Source: a virus (taxonomy: Duplodnaviria > Caudoviricetes). Taken from it: DNA of 54,931 nucleotides. A program made the position numbers and the translations under genes. The notes under the pieces are model-generated. The model was given only the letters and a program-made list of their open reading frames with translations. It was not told where the DNA came from and did no database searches. Of the stretch, positions 9,517-18,696 are shown piece after piece. Location: positions 1 to 54,931 of IMG/VR virus record IMGVR_UViG_3300028897_000717. One strand, written 5' to 3'. The number at the start of each line of letters is the position of its first letter. Position 1 is the first letter of the stretch.

Positions 9517-10358
9517 GTTGACCTCAAGGTAATGGCACATGAGCCATACTCCTGAAATCTATTATTCTTGATTTTTACATCACACTCATTGCATGAGGGG
9601 GTTTGGCAATTTCTAAATTTGAACCCTATTTCAAGGTCTTCATCTAATATGTGTCCAATCGGGTTAATCCCCGCATACAAATCCCTGTGGCATCTATGTA
9701 AGTGCCCATCGGGTGCTATCAGTATTTCAGTATTCTTACATTCCACATCTTTTACTTTTCCACGCATAACTCTTGGATACTTATATGTTCCGTATAGTTG
9801 TCCATGATACTCACCCAAAAACTGCTTGGTGCGAAAATCAACTCCCGCAAGCAATGCAGTACGTTTCAATATCTCAATGCCAACATTAGGGTGATCCACA
9901 ACAAACAACCCTATATCATATCCCGCTCCCTGTAATGCCAGTATGCGTCTCAACAATACATCATAGTCTGCCCATTCGGGATGATAGCTAACTCTAATAG
10001 ATGCATAGGGGACGTTTCTCTGTAGTCGCCCTGGCAGTATTCTTTTTATGAAATCATCCAAATCAAACGTAAGGTTGGTAAGAATATCTATGTAGAATTC
10101 CGGTCTCACACCTTCTATGATATCCAACCATCCCTTGTAAACGCTTGGTTCTCCACCCTGTAGCGTCAACGGCACCATAAGCGAGCGGGTAATGTTTAAG
10201 CGGTTCAATCCCTCCACCCATTGTTCTGGGGTTAATTCCCGTCGACGGGAAAGTTTTCCGTGCCTATTGATGCAGTAGATACACTTATAGTTACAGCGTA
10301 ATGTTAGAAACACGCCCACATAAGTCAAATCGTTTGGCACATCAATTTTTGGTAACAT
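9513..10358 (-). CDS. radical SAM protein
   Basis: CNYKCIYC, GGEP. Confidence 0.88.
   Translation of the reverse strand: MLPKIDVPNDLTYVGVFLTLRCNYKCIYCINRHGKLSRRRELTPEQWVEGLNRLNITRSLMVPLTLQGGEPSVYKGWLDIIEGVRPEFYIDILTNLTFDLDDFIKRILPGRLQRNVPYASIRVSYHPEWADYDVLLRRILALQGAGYDIGLFVVDHPNVGIEILKRTALLAGVDFRTKQFLGEYHGQLYGTYKYPRVMRGKVKDVECKNTEILIAPDGHLHRCHRDLYAGINPIGHILDEDLEIGFKFRNCQTPSCNECDVKIKNNRFQEYGSCAITLRST
10236..10251. repeat. 16-bp palindrome copy 2, TTCCCGTCGACGGGAA (intragenic)
   Basis: Perfect palindrome. Confidence 0.9.
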
Positions 10359-11344
10359 TATAAGTATCCAAAGTTTTCCATTGTGGCAGTAAACCTATCG
10401 CGTTCTGGTTGTTCTATATCCTCAATCTTGATTGGTACAACCCTCATTGAGTCTTCACATTCTCTTTTTACCCTGTCTTCCATCATCTCTGTCAGAGCAG
10501 TCGGTGAAACAAATGGATAATTAGATAGCATCATTCCAGCAATAATGCCTGGGTTCTCCACAATCATTTCATATTTGACATATTGGGCATCGCCCAGTGT
10601 ATCCATTTGCGCTCTCCATATATGAGCACATCTCGTTATATTATTCCACTCACCCCATAGCTCTCTAGCCTCTGAAGATACATACCACGGGCAATATGTT
10701 TCCGGTATAAACCAATTCAGTAAGGGAAGGGTTGGATGGGTAACGCCATCAGGTGTAGCAAATTTTAATTTTACATAATCTGCCACGACATCAAGACCGT
10801 TTCTAACCACGATCATGAATTTTACTTTCGGAAAAATCTTTCTTATCGTTGCCATGTGTGGAAATCCATCCACCAAATCGGAGATAAATAAGGGACGTTC
10901 CTCTATTATTCGAACAATGGCAGCACCATTGTCTGAGTTGTTTCCATGTCTCCTTTCAATCAATCGTTCTGCACATGTGGCCCATGCCCAATCTTTGTAA
11001 AGTAAATGGCGGGGATCATCGCACAAATATATCCCCCTAACCATTGGCACACAATGATCGTATAAAAGTGATAATCGGATAAGTGGGGATAATGTTTTAA
11101 GGGCATCGTTTGATGCGTGCGGGGGGATAAGTTTAAACAAGGCTGGATGATTTAATCTATAAACATATTTCATGGTTGCAACTATCGCAGCAATCCAGGT
11201 CAGGCCAGTTCTTGCCACACCAGTTATCAGCAACATATTGTCAAGCATGCTTCTTTCTAACGGTAGTTGCAAGGCAAGCCCCTTATGATTTTCTTCAATC
11301 ATGGTGCCCCTTTCATTTTCAAAATCGTGCTTATCAGGCAACAA
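10358..11344 (-). CDS. sulfotransferase-like protein (P-loop type)
   Basis: ITGVARTG, IVVRNGLDVV, KYE; paralog of 35082..35972. Confidence 0.7.
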   Translation of the reverse strand: MLPDKHDFENERGTMIEENHKGLALQLPLERSMLDNMLLITGVARTGLTWIAAIVATMKYVYRLNHPALFKLIPPHASNDALKTLSPLIRLSLLYDHCVPMVRGIYLCDDPRHLLYKDWAWATCAERLIERRHGNNSDNGAAIVRIIEERPLFISDLVDGFPHMATIRKIFPKVKFMIVVRNGLDVVADYVKLKFATPDGVTHPTLPLLNWFIPETYCPWYVSSEARELWGEWNNITRCAHIWRAQMDTLGDAQYVKYEMIVENPGIIAGMMLSNYPFVSPTALTEMMEDRVKRECEDSMRVVPIKIEDIEQPERDRFTATMENFGYL

Positions 11345-12275
11345 GCCTGCGCGTCTCCTCGTTGACGGTCTGCGCCGAAATAGCTTTCATGCAGGGTTCG
11401 GTGAACTGGCAGGTAGGTTTTAGACAGGGCATGTGCCCGCATATGTCGGGGGCAATTATCTTTTTGCCATTCTTGTATAGGTATACTTCGTGAGGAGATG
11501 TGGGGCCAAACAGCGCAACCGTCTTTTTCTGCATCGCGATAGCCAAGTGCAACCCAAGGCTATCGTTCGTTATGATTGATTTGCAACTGTGAATCCAATC
11601 CATATAAGTTCTTAAATCATTCTCCCCCTCCTGCCATGACACCTCCCTGATGTTTCCATCCAATAAACTGTATAATTCATTCCACCTCTCCGTGGGCCAT
11701 GCCTTGTTTGGCCACTTTCTGCCCACGCGATGATTTAATCCAACCTTAAATCTTACTTCGCTTTTTGGTTTATATCCGAGCACGTACGGCTCGCCATTCC
11801 ATTTCCGATCTAGCATTTCAAACAGCACATCCTGCCACGGGCGGGTGGCGTACCGTTTACGCTCATAGCTGCTATACGTCAAGAAAGCATTCACGCTATC
11901 CTTGTATGCCCTAGCAGTTCCAGTCTCAGGGTCAAACCTAAATCCGCATTTCTCCCATGCGTGAATCCTGTCCGCCAATGCGCACATCCCCGGTGTCTTT
12001 TCCAGATTTATCATAAGGTCATAGCGTTCGGACTCCAACTGTAACAACGAATCCCAATGCCTGATAAGCACGCGGTCTATCATTGGGTTGTTTTCAATGA
12101 GCGGGTAGGCAGATTCCTCTACAAGCCATGTAATATTATAATCCTTCAGGCAATGGAGTATTACCGTGGTGCGCAACACATCCCCAAGGCTGGGTGTTCG
12201 TCCTATCTCTGGATCCAGTGTTTCAGAATTGCCAAGTTTCAGGATAAGGGCCTTTAGCACCCCCATTGCCTCCAA
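11334..12275 (-). CDS. glycosyltransferase family 9 (heptosyltransferase-like)
   Basis: LGDVLRTT, KAWP, ITNDSLGLHLAIA, ALFGPT. Confidence 0.9.
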   Translation of the reverse strand: MEAMGVLKALILKLGNSETLDPEIGRTPSLGDVLRTTVILHCLKDYNITWLVEESAYPLIENNPMIDRVLIRHWDSLLQLESERYDLMINLEKTPGMCALADRIHAWEKCGFRFDPETGTARAYKDSVNAFLTYSSYERKRYATRPWQDVLFEMLDRKWNGEPYVLGYKPKSEVRFKVGLNHRVGRKWPNKAWPTERWNELYSLLDGNIREVSWQEGENDLRTYMDWIHSCKSIITNDSLGLHLAIAMQKKTVALFGPTSPHEVYLYKNGKKIIAPDICGHMPCLKPTCQFTEPCMKAISAQTVNEETRRLVA

Positions 12276-12895
12276 GAATCTTTTTCGTAACCGAAAGCGT
12301 TAAACATGGGTCTTTCTTTATAATACACTGCTTCTGCCAATTGTTCCGTGTAATGGGCATCCCTGACGGAGCTATTCTGTCTTTCTCCGTTGTAACTTTT
12401 GCCCGTTACACGTTTTAAAATATTGCCTATCCCGTCCTCAAACCTGTAAACGGTCACATCGGGCGGTTTAAGCGTTCCACCAAATTGTACCCACCAACGA
12501 TAAAACATGAATCCCTCCTTGGCATTCTTTTGATGCCATAAGGCGTATTTCATCTTTTCTCCTTGTTTCATGCGTAAGTGTACTTTTGGCGGGTCTAGTT
12601 GGTGCGGGAGTGCCTTTGCATAATCTTCAAAGGCCATTCTGTCACTATACATCCAACTCCAGTAGGACATGTTCCAATCGTATGGGTTCCTGACAACCGT
12701 CCACATGCCAGCATTCCATAAGTCCGATCTCTCAATGAATAGCTGTTTGGCATGTCCGTATGCTGGATGCTGGTACTCATAAACGTCCCTGTATCCTTCT
12801 GCCCCTGGTGATTCATCCCCCATAAGGCAAAAGTCGGGTTGCCTTAGTTTCGCTTTTATGTATGTGCCACCCGTTCTTGGAAAATGGATAAACAT
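12254..12895 (-). CDS. sulfotransferase-like protein
   Basis: FIHFPRTGGT, VVRNPYDWNMSYW, FNAFGY. Confidence 0.7.
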   Translation of the reverse strand: MFIHFPRTGGTYIKAKLRQPDFCLMGDESPGAEGYRDVYEYQHPAYGHAKQLFIERSDLWNAGMWTVVRNPYDWNMSYWSWMYSDRMAFEDYAKALPHQLDPPKVHLRMKQGEKMKYALWHQKNAKEGFMFYRWWVQFGGTLKPPDVTVYRFEDGIGNILKRVTGKSYNGERQNSSVRDAHYTEQLAEAVYYKERPMFNAFGYEKDSWRQWGC

Positions 12896-13497
12896 TACGT
12901 TTTCCAGATTTTATACGGCAATGTTAACGCCTTGACCGCATTTGGGATGTGACTTACTGTTTGCCCAACAATGAACGTCTCTCTTTGTTCGTACAGATCG
13001 CTAATTACCAGTTTGATTGCATGTTTTAAACGTTCTGGCACTTCCGAGGAACCGCCATAACCGCACAAGTATTGCACGGCTATCGGGTTTACGTTGTGGA
13101 GAGATTCTGTTGGCCAACTCTCGTTGTATTCCAAAACTATGCGCCCTGGTTCGCTCACCGAATCACATCTATACACCGTGGTTCCCATGGTAATGGTGCT
13201 ACTGTCAATATCAACGTATGTCACTATGGGGGCAGTTTCGGTAGAAAACGGCGGGTAAGGCAGTTCTATCGTGTCATTATTACTTGGCCAAGCATCTATG
13301 TAATACTTCACGGTCTGGCGTATCAAGCGCCTGCCAGTCATGTCTTCAACCTGTCCGCGAGCCACCTCTATAAGACTATTCAAGTAATCATCGTGTGCCG
13401 TTTCGCCTATCTCTATCCTTAGATGGTGCTTAACATCCTCCAGGTCTAGCGGTTCTGCGGTAGAGGCAGTAACAACATCAACTCTCAAATCTCGCAT
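12895..13497 (-). CDS. head-tail connector protein (gp6-like)
   Basis: EPLDLEDVKHHLRI..D.YL..LI..AR..VE..TGR; VP..LKHAI......YEQRE. Confidence 0.9.
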   Translation of the reverse strand: MRDLRVDVVTASTAEPLDLEDVKHHLRIEIGETAHDDYLNSLIEVARGQVEDMTGRRLIRQTVKYYIDAWPSNNDTIELPYPPFSTETAPIVTYVDIDSSTITMGTTVYRCDSVSEPGRIVLEYNESWPTESLHNVNPIAVQYLCGYGGSSEVPERLKHAIKLVISDLYEQRETFIVGQTVSHIPNAVKALTLPYKIWKT

Positions 13498-13500
13498 TCA

Positions 13501-13869
13501 CTACCTCCTCTTTAAGTACACACGGTTGAAGTCAAGCTGTTTCTTTAGCGGATTCAGCGTCGAACCAGAAACAGTCGCTAAAATGTTAAACTCCAACCCA
13601 TAGTGTCCAGGATTGATCTGTGTAGTCCACGTCATGCGAAGCACCATTTCGTTGCCGTCTAACGATTTAGTGACAACCATTTTACTAGAAGATACGGTTG
13701 TCCCCATCTGCTTTTCCCTAACGGTATAACTCATCATGGTAGACCCATAGGGAAGCATTCCATCGTTCTTCTGTGAACTCGTTGCCACAGTAACCCTAAA
13801 GCGGTAGGGCACGTTGCTCGAACCAGGCTGCAAGTTTATCTTGCCTGTGCCTTGAAAATCGTCGGCCAT
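13501..13869 (-). CDS. putative virion structural protein, Ser/Thr-rich
   Basis: Position in the morphogenesis operon; beta-rich composition. Confidence 0.55.
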   Translation of the reverse strand: MADDFQGTGKINLQPGSSNVPYRFRVTVATSSQKNDGMLPYGSTMMSYTVREKQMGTTVSSSKMVVTKSLDGNEMVLRMTWTTQINPGHYGLEFNILATVSGSTLNPLKKQLDFNRVYLKRR

Positions 13870-13883
13870 TTACGGCCCCCTTA

Positions 13884-14285
13884 TTAGGTCGATGTAGCTG
13901 GGTCTAACACATGAACCGACCATGCGGGAACGGTCAGCGTGTCTGACGTACTCAGACTTCTACTTGAGCATTTCGTGATAAACACCAACATATTCGTGCT
14001 GAAAAGCCCCACGTGTGTTGCCACCATGGTAGTCGCCTTTCTCGCCGAAATATCCGATGTCTGGTCAATGGTGATTTTCCGACCACTGATAGACGAATCT
14101 GTCGGTCCCGTAAAAGTGACATCACCCTGAGCCGCCAACCCAACCGCAAATGCCGTAGAGGTGCAGTTAATGTATGCGGGCGGATCGGAAGACCATATCC
14201 CGAGTCTCAGGTGTGCAGTGGAACCACCGGAAGATATCCAGTTTAAGAGGGCATCAAGCGCGGTGTCATTGCAATAAAGTGCCAT
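13884..14285 (-). CDS. putative virion structural protein, Ser/Thr-rich
   Basis: GGAGG RBS; composition and context typical of phage fibre/accessory proteins. Confidence 0.6.
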   Translation of the reverse strand: MALYCNDTALDALLNWISSGGSTAHLRLGIWSSDPPAYINCTSTAFAVGLAAQGDVTFTGPTDSSISGRKITIDQTSDISARKATTMVATHVGLFSTNMLVFITKCSSRSLSTSDTLTVPAWSVHVLDPATST

Positions 14286-14409
14286 GTTTCAATACCTCCA
14301 AGTTTAATTTCGTTTACGACCACAAATGACCCCGGATTGAACTTCAAGCGTAATGTGTCGTCCACCCCTATCATTCGGTCTGTCCTTCGGTTTTCTCTTG
14401 AAAACCTTT

Positions 14410-16890
14410 CTAATCAGCTTTCGTAACAAAGTAGTAATCCCCCTTTTCTCCACTGTAATAATTATACCCAACGGATGCCGTAGCAAAATAGTACGGTGCC
14501 GTATTGGTGGTAAATGTTGCCAGTCCAAAAATGTAACCCACCCATGACAGGAACGTGCTCATCTTTTTGGCAATGGTCTTGTAATACACAGTCGCCGTCT
14601 GTATGCGCCAGTGAATGGGTATCGCCATCTTGTTTGCTATATGTTGACTTATCAGGTTCTTTGCGTTTATTGTCAGATGATAGAGCGGGGTGAATATGTT
14701 GGTTATATTTTGGCTTATGGCGTTCTTTGCTATAAGTAATACCCACCTCAAAACCACGCCCCTATCGGTAATCAGTTGAAACAGTGCATTCTTGGTGTCC
14801 AGCACAAACATTGCGGCAGTCACGGTCGGAGTAACTATATGCTGTGATAATACATTCTTTGCATATATAGCAATCCAACTTGTTACCTTAGTCACCCTTG
14901 CTATATTCATAATGATAGCATTCTTGGCAACCAACTCGAATACTGCGGCAACCCTAGATACTTGTACTATGTGTTGAATTATTGCCGCTTTAATGCTTGC
15001 CACCCAATATGCAGAAACTATTGCCCTGTTAGCTATGTGCTGTAAAATTGGGTTCTTTGCCGAAAGCGAAAATACGGAAGCAACTATTGTTGGTGTTGCT
15101 ATGGTTTGCGACAAAATATTCTTAACCACAAATCCAATGTTAAATAGCACGGTTTTTCGTTCAGCTATATGCAAAACTAGAGCGTTCTTCATAACAAGGC
15201 GAATGGCCTCGGCAGCCACAACAACAAGGTTGATTTTTCTAACTATATGCTGATGTATAGCATCCTTTACGCCCTTGATCGAGAATACAGCGGCAACGAT
15301 TCCTCTCTGTACAACATGCTGCGATAAGGCATTTTTGATAACTAGGGCTAAAATAGAAATCGCCACGTTAACCTTGCTTGCCACATGCTGATGCAGAGCA
15401 TTCTTGGCATTTATCAAAACGCTGACAAGCACTACACCACGTTGACTTATCGCCTGCGAAATGCCTGCCTTTGCATTGATTATCAGGGCAAACAATACGG
15501 TCTTCTTTTCGGTGATTACCTGCTGTATGGCATCCTTGGCATAAATTGCCACAACCGTCCAAATTACCGTAACCCTCTCTGTTATGTGCTGATGCAGGAC
15601 ACTCTTTATCACTATGCCCACATGCCTGAGATTGTAGATGCCGCTCTCTGATATGTGTTGATGTATGGCATTATTCAAAATAAGCAAGCGCTTGAAATTG
15701 TTCGCCCTGCTGGAAATAAGTTGCAAGAGTGCGTCCCCGGATGGGACAATTCTCTTGAAATTGTTTGCTCTCGCAGATATATGCTGGAACAACAAGGACT
15801 TGACTGCCATTAAAATCTTAAAGTCATTGGCCCTAGATGCTATGTGTTGAAAAAGTAATGACTTAACAGTCATCAAAATCTTGAAATCATTTGCGCGGGC
15901 AGATATGTTTTGCAGGATGGCATTCTTTGTCAACATTAGAAATTTGAAATTATTTGCCCTGCTCGCTATGTGTTGGTGTATTAACGTCAATGCCCCAATG
16001 GTTATTCTGAATCCGCTCAGTCTGTTTGAAATATGCTGATGTAAAACATTCTTAATGGTTAGCGTTATTTCTTCGCCACCCCCAACGACAATGTTGAAAG
16101 TAGTCGCAAAATGTTTCACAAACGCTGTCTTTATAACCATCAATATCTTGAAGGCATTCGGGCGTTGCGTGAAATGTTTCATAAAAGCATCTTTGATGCT
16201 AAAAAAGATTCTGAATCCTGCTATTCTATCTATAATGTGTTCATGGAAAGCTGTCTTAATCACCATGAGAATTCTGAAAGCGTTCGGGCGCATGGAATAG
16301 AACCGATGTATAGGCGCTAAGACGGAAAAGAATATGCGGAAGCTAGTTACCCTATTTGCAAAGTGTTTTAAAAAGGCAACGTTTACAAGAAGTGCTCTCT
16401 TGAAATTATTGGTTCGGTCAGAAAAGTGTCGCAATATGGTGTTATTCAGGGTGAAGAATATACGAAACCCAAGTATTCTACCCGTTATGTGTTTAATAAA
16501 GGTTGCCCTAACTATCATAGTCCTCTTGAAATTGTTGGGCCGTATTACCATGTGTTTTATTATGGTTCGTTTAATGACTATTAATATTTTAAAAGCATTC
16601 GGGCGCTGTGCAAAATGTTTTAGATAGGTATTATTGAGCGAAAAAAACAAACGAAAACTGCTTATGTGGTCGTTTATGTGTGGAAGTATTGCATCTTTTA
16701 CAGTCAGTATATGTGCTGGTTTCCAAAAATCGTCAGGAGTACTTGTCCACTTATCAGCAATTGTATCCAACCACTCATCAACCCCTGCATCTGCTGCAGC
16801 ACTAATAGCCTTTATTTCAGCAAAAAATTTATGAAATGCAGCCTTTATCGTCATCGCGATTTTGAAATTATTTGGTCTCTGGACAAACAT
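14410..16890 (-). CDS. 826-aa repeat protein (21-26-aa units), basic and hydrophobic
   Basis: Tandem units such as RPNAFKILMVIKTAFVKHFAT and KNAxxQHI. Confidence 0.75.
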   Translation of the reverse strand: MFVQRPNNFKIAMTIKAAFHKFFAEIKAISAAADAGVDEWLDTIADKWTSTPDDFWKPAHILTVKDAILPHINDHISSFRLFFSLNNTYLKHFAQRPNAFKILIVIKRTIIKHMVIRPNNFKRTMIVRATFIKHITGRILGFRIFFTLNNTILRHFSDRTNNFKRALLVNVAFLKHFANRVTSFRIFFSVLAPIHRFYSMRPNAFRILMVIKTAFHEHIIDRIAGFRIFFSIKDAFMKHFTQRPNAFKILMVIKTAFVKHFATTFNIVVGGGEEITLTIKNVLHQHISNRLSGFRITIGALTLIHQHIASRANNFKFLMLTKNAILQNISARANDFKILMTVKSLLFQHIASRANDFKILMAVKSLLFQHISARANNFKRIVPSGDALLQLISSRANNFKRLLILNNAIHQHISESGIYNLRHVGIVIKSVLHQHITERVTVIWTVVAIYAKDAIQQVITEKKTVLFALIINAKAGISQAISQRGVVLVSVLINAKNALHQHVASKVNVAISILALVIKNALSQHVVQRGIVAAVFSIKGVKDAIHQHIVRKINLVVVAAEAIRLVMKNALVLHIAERKTVLFNIGFVVKNILSQTIATPTIVASVFSLSAKNPILQHIANRAIVSAYWVASIKAAIIQHIVQVSRVAAVFELVAKNAIIMNIARVTKVTSWIAIYAKNVLSQHIVTPTVTAAMFVLDTKNALFQLITDRGVVLRWVLLIAKNAISQNITNIFTPLYHLTINAKNLISQHIANKMAIPIHWRIQTATVYYKTIAKKMSTFLSWVGYIFGLATFTTNTAPYYFATASVGYNYYSGEKGDYYFVTKAD

Positions 16891-16891
16891 C

Positions 16892-17038
16892 CTATCGTAA
16901 CCTTATCCGTAAAACAGGATGGGATTTTCCCGTTGGCGGGAATATTAGCGTTTTTATGTCAGATACTAATTGATATACGGCATTCTTTACCTTAATGATT
17001 GTTTTGATCCTTATGTTGTTTGGGCAACTCACTATCAT
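16892..17038 (-). CDS. 48-aa protein carrying one copy of the repeat of the downstream gene
   Basis: MIVSCPNNIRIKTIIKVKNAVYQLVSDIK...; ATGA overlap with the upstream stop; absent from the ORF track. Confidence 0.6.
   Translation of the reverse strand: MIVSCPNNIRIKTIIKVKNAVYQLVSDIKTLIFPPTGKSHPVLRIRLR
16927..16942. repeat. 16-bp palindrome copy 3, TTCCCGTTGGCGGGAA
   Basis: Exact arms. Confidence 0.9.
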
Positions 17039-17619
17039 TTAAAAATCGGGTTAATACAGTCACATATATGCATTGTGGAACCCGCCGCAGTTTCAACTTG
17101 TGCCCCCCCTGCGCTATGAGAGGTTAATGCCGCATCTGAATTCCTCAAAAAAAGGTAATATGTGGTTCCATCTTTTGCGCCAGCAGTGAATTGGACAGCA
17201 AATTGAAAGTCGGTATAATATGCCTGATCCAAATCCAACTTTTCACTATCATCCGAACTTTCCGTGTATTCACCGTTCTGCCACGTCCCTGTTGGGTCGG
17301 TCAAAGCTGCCAAATCGGCTGTTGGTTCACCATGGGTTAGGTTAGCGCCATCCGTTATAATTATATCGGAGCTATTGGTTAAAACCTGTGATGCTCCCGC
17401 CGCATTATCTGCTTCATTGACAAACAATTGCCAATAATCATTTCCTGTACCATTGGCATTGCCCTCAACCACTCGGATGCGCACCATGAAGGTTTCTTCT
17501 TTGCTTTGCCCGCTTCTCTTGCTATTCTCCGAACCCCATGTAAGATCGTTGCAATCAGTGCTTGAAGCATCGTTATTGCCGAAAATCCAACCAAACTGAT
17601 CTAGGTCTGGTGCAGTCAT
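17035..17619 (-). CDS. acidic putative virion protein
   Basis: Coupled ORF in the structural region; D/G/S/T-rich. Confidence 0.6.
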   Translation of the reverse strand: MTAPDLDQFGWIFGNNDASSTDCNDLTWGSENSKRSGQSKEETFMVRIRVVEGNANGTGNDYWQLFVNEADNAAGASQVLTNSSDIIITDGANLTHGEPTADLAALTDPTGTWQNGEYTESSDDSEKLDLDQAYYTDFQFAVQFTAGAKDGTTYYLFLRNSDAALTSHSAGGAQVETAAGSTMHICDCINPIFK

Positions 17620-17987
17620 TACCTGAGTACCCCACCAATGTCAGTCACGTGCCTTAATTTACCCTTGTGTGTTCCACGAACGCATTCAAAAATCAGTGCA
17701 CACCCTTTTTTTGCCCTACTAGGTTCGGGCAACACAACGCATTTAAACGGTTTTGAACTGGCTCGTTTGTTTTCCATGTTCCAATAACACTTTGCATCGG
17801 GGGTAAGCATGGGGCAATTTCCACAACATTTTTCACGTCGCTCTGTTGGACACGCTTCGCACCCTTGCACTTTGATCCACAAATCGTCTGGTTCATAAAC
17901 ATTCATGTACGCAATTGGACTTGGATCACCAACTGGACACAGTGCCAACATTTTATCGTTCAGTTTAATCCCAGTTAAATCCGCCAT
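17619..17987 (-). CDS. Cys-cluster protein (YkgJ-like)
   Basis: GCEAC...KCC..CPML....C...KPFKC. Confidence 0.55.
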   Translation of the reverse strand: MADLTGIKLNDKMLALCPVGDPSPIAYMNVYEPDDLWIKVQGCEACPTERREKCCGNCPMLTPDAKCYWNMENKRASSKPFKCVVLPEPSRAKKGCALIFECVRGTHKGKLRHVTDIGGVLR

Positions 17988-18696
17988 CGTCTTCCCAATC
18001 AAACCCACCGTGACTGTAAAACTCTCCCTCTGGTATTCCCGCCGCCGTGGAGCCTAACCGAATCTGAGCATAACCAAGGCTGTCAAACGTTGCCCCGTCC
18101 TTTATGGTGTTCCACAATGCACTATCACATGCCGATATGGTTGCCCCCGTCCTGTATCGTATCTGATCTGGTATTCTGCACGATTTTCTGCTGTACTTTT
18201 CGAGTTGCAGTTTTACCGTGCCCCTGCCCGTGTTCCACACGTAGGACTGCATATATTCGCCCTGATCCATAGCCAAGCGTTCACTTGCCACATTGCCGAC
18301 CACCTGACCCGTGCCAGACCAACCAGGGGTGAACGGGCCCAGATAATAACCGCCCCCAAAGTGCCGCATCAACTCATCGGGGTCCATCCCGTATGCCCAT
18401 GCGACCGAGCCAAAGGGCAACCCAAAGCGCCCGTAAAAGGACTTAGGTTTGGTTTTGAATATAACGTTCAACACGCTAAGAATATTTTGCGATTCAAAGA
18501 GCGTGACATCAGATTCGGCAATGTGCTGCATAAGTGCGGTTAGGACGGGAATGCTTATGGGTTGCACCCGAAGCGTTTCAACAATATCCTGCAATATGGC
18601 GTTTCGAGCATTTATGGGAACGGTGTCCAGTGGGTACCAGAAATCATCATCGGTATCCATCCAGGTATCATCATAATCTACAAAAAAATCGCTCAA
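17965..18696 (-). CDS. hypothetical virion-associated protein
   Basis: Acidic/Trp-rich termini; repeat-like segments NARNAILQDI and ALMQHIAE. Confidence 0.6.
   Translation of the reverse strand: MSDFFVDYDDTWMDTDDDFWYPLDTVPINARNAILQDIVETLRVQPISIPVLTALMQHIAESDVTLFESQNILSVLNVIFKTKPKSFYGRFGLPFGSVAWAYGMDPDELMRHFGGGYYLGPFTPGWSGTGQVVGNVASERLAMDQGEYMQSYVWNTGRGTVKLQLEKYSRKSCRIPDQIRYRTGATISACDSALWNTIKDGATFDSLGYAQIRLGSTAAGIPEGEFYSHGGFDWEDDGGFNWD

Noticed and set aside
14410-16890. Tape measure protein
   Set aside because: No flanking tail tube or chaperone genes; position and basic, beta-like repeat composition do not fit
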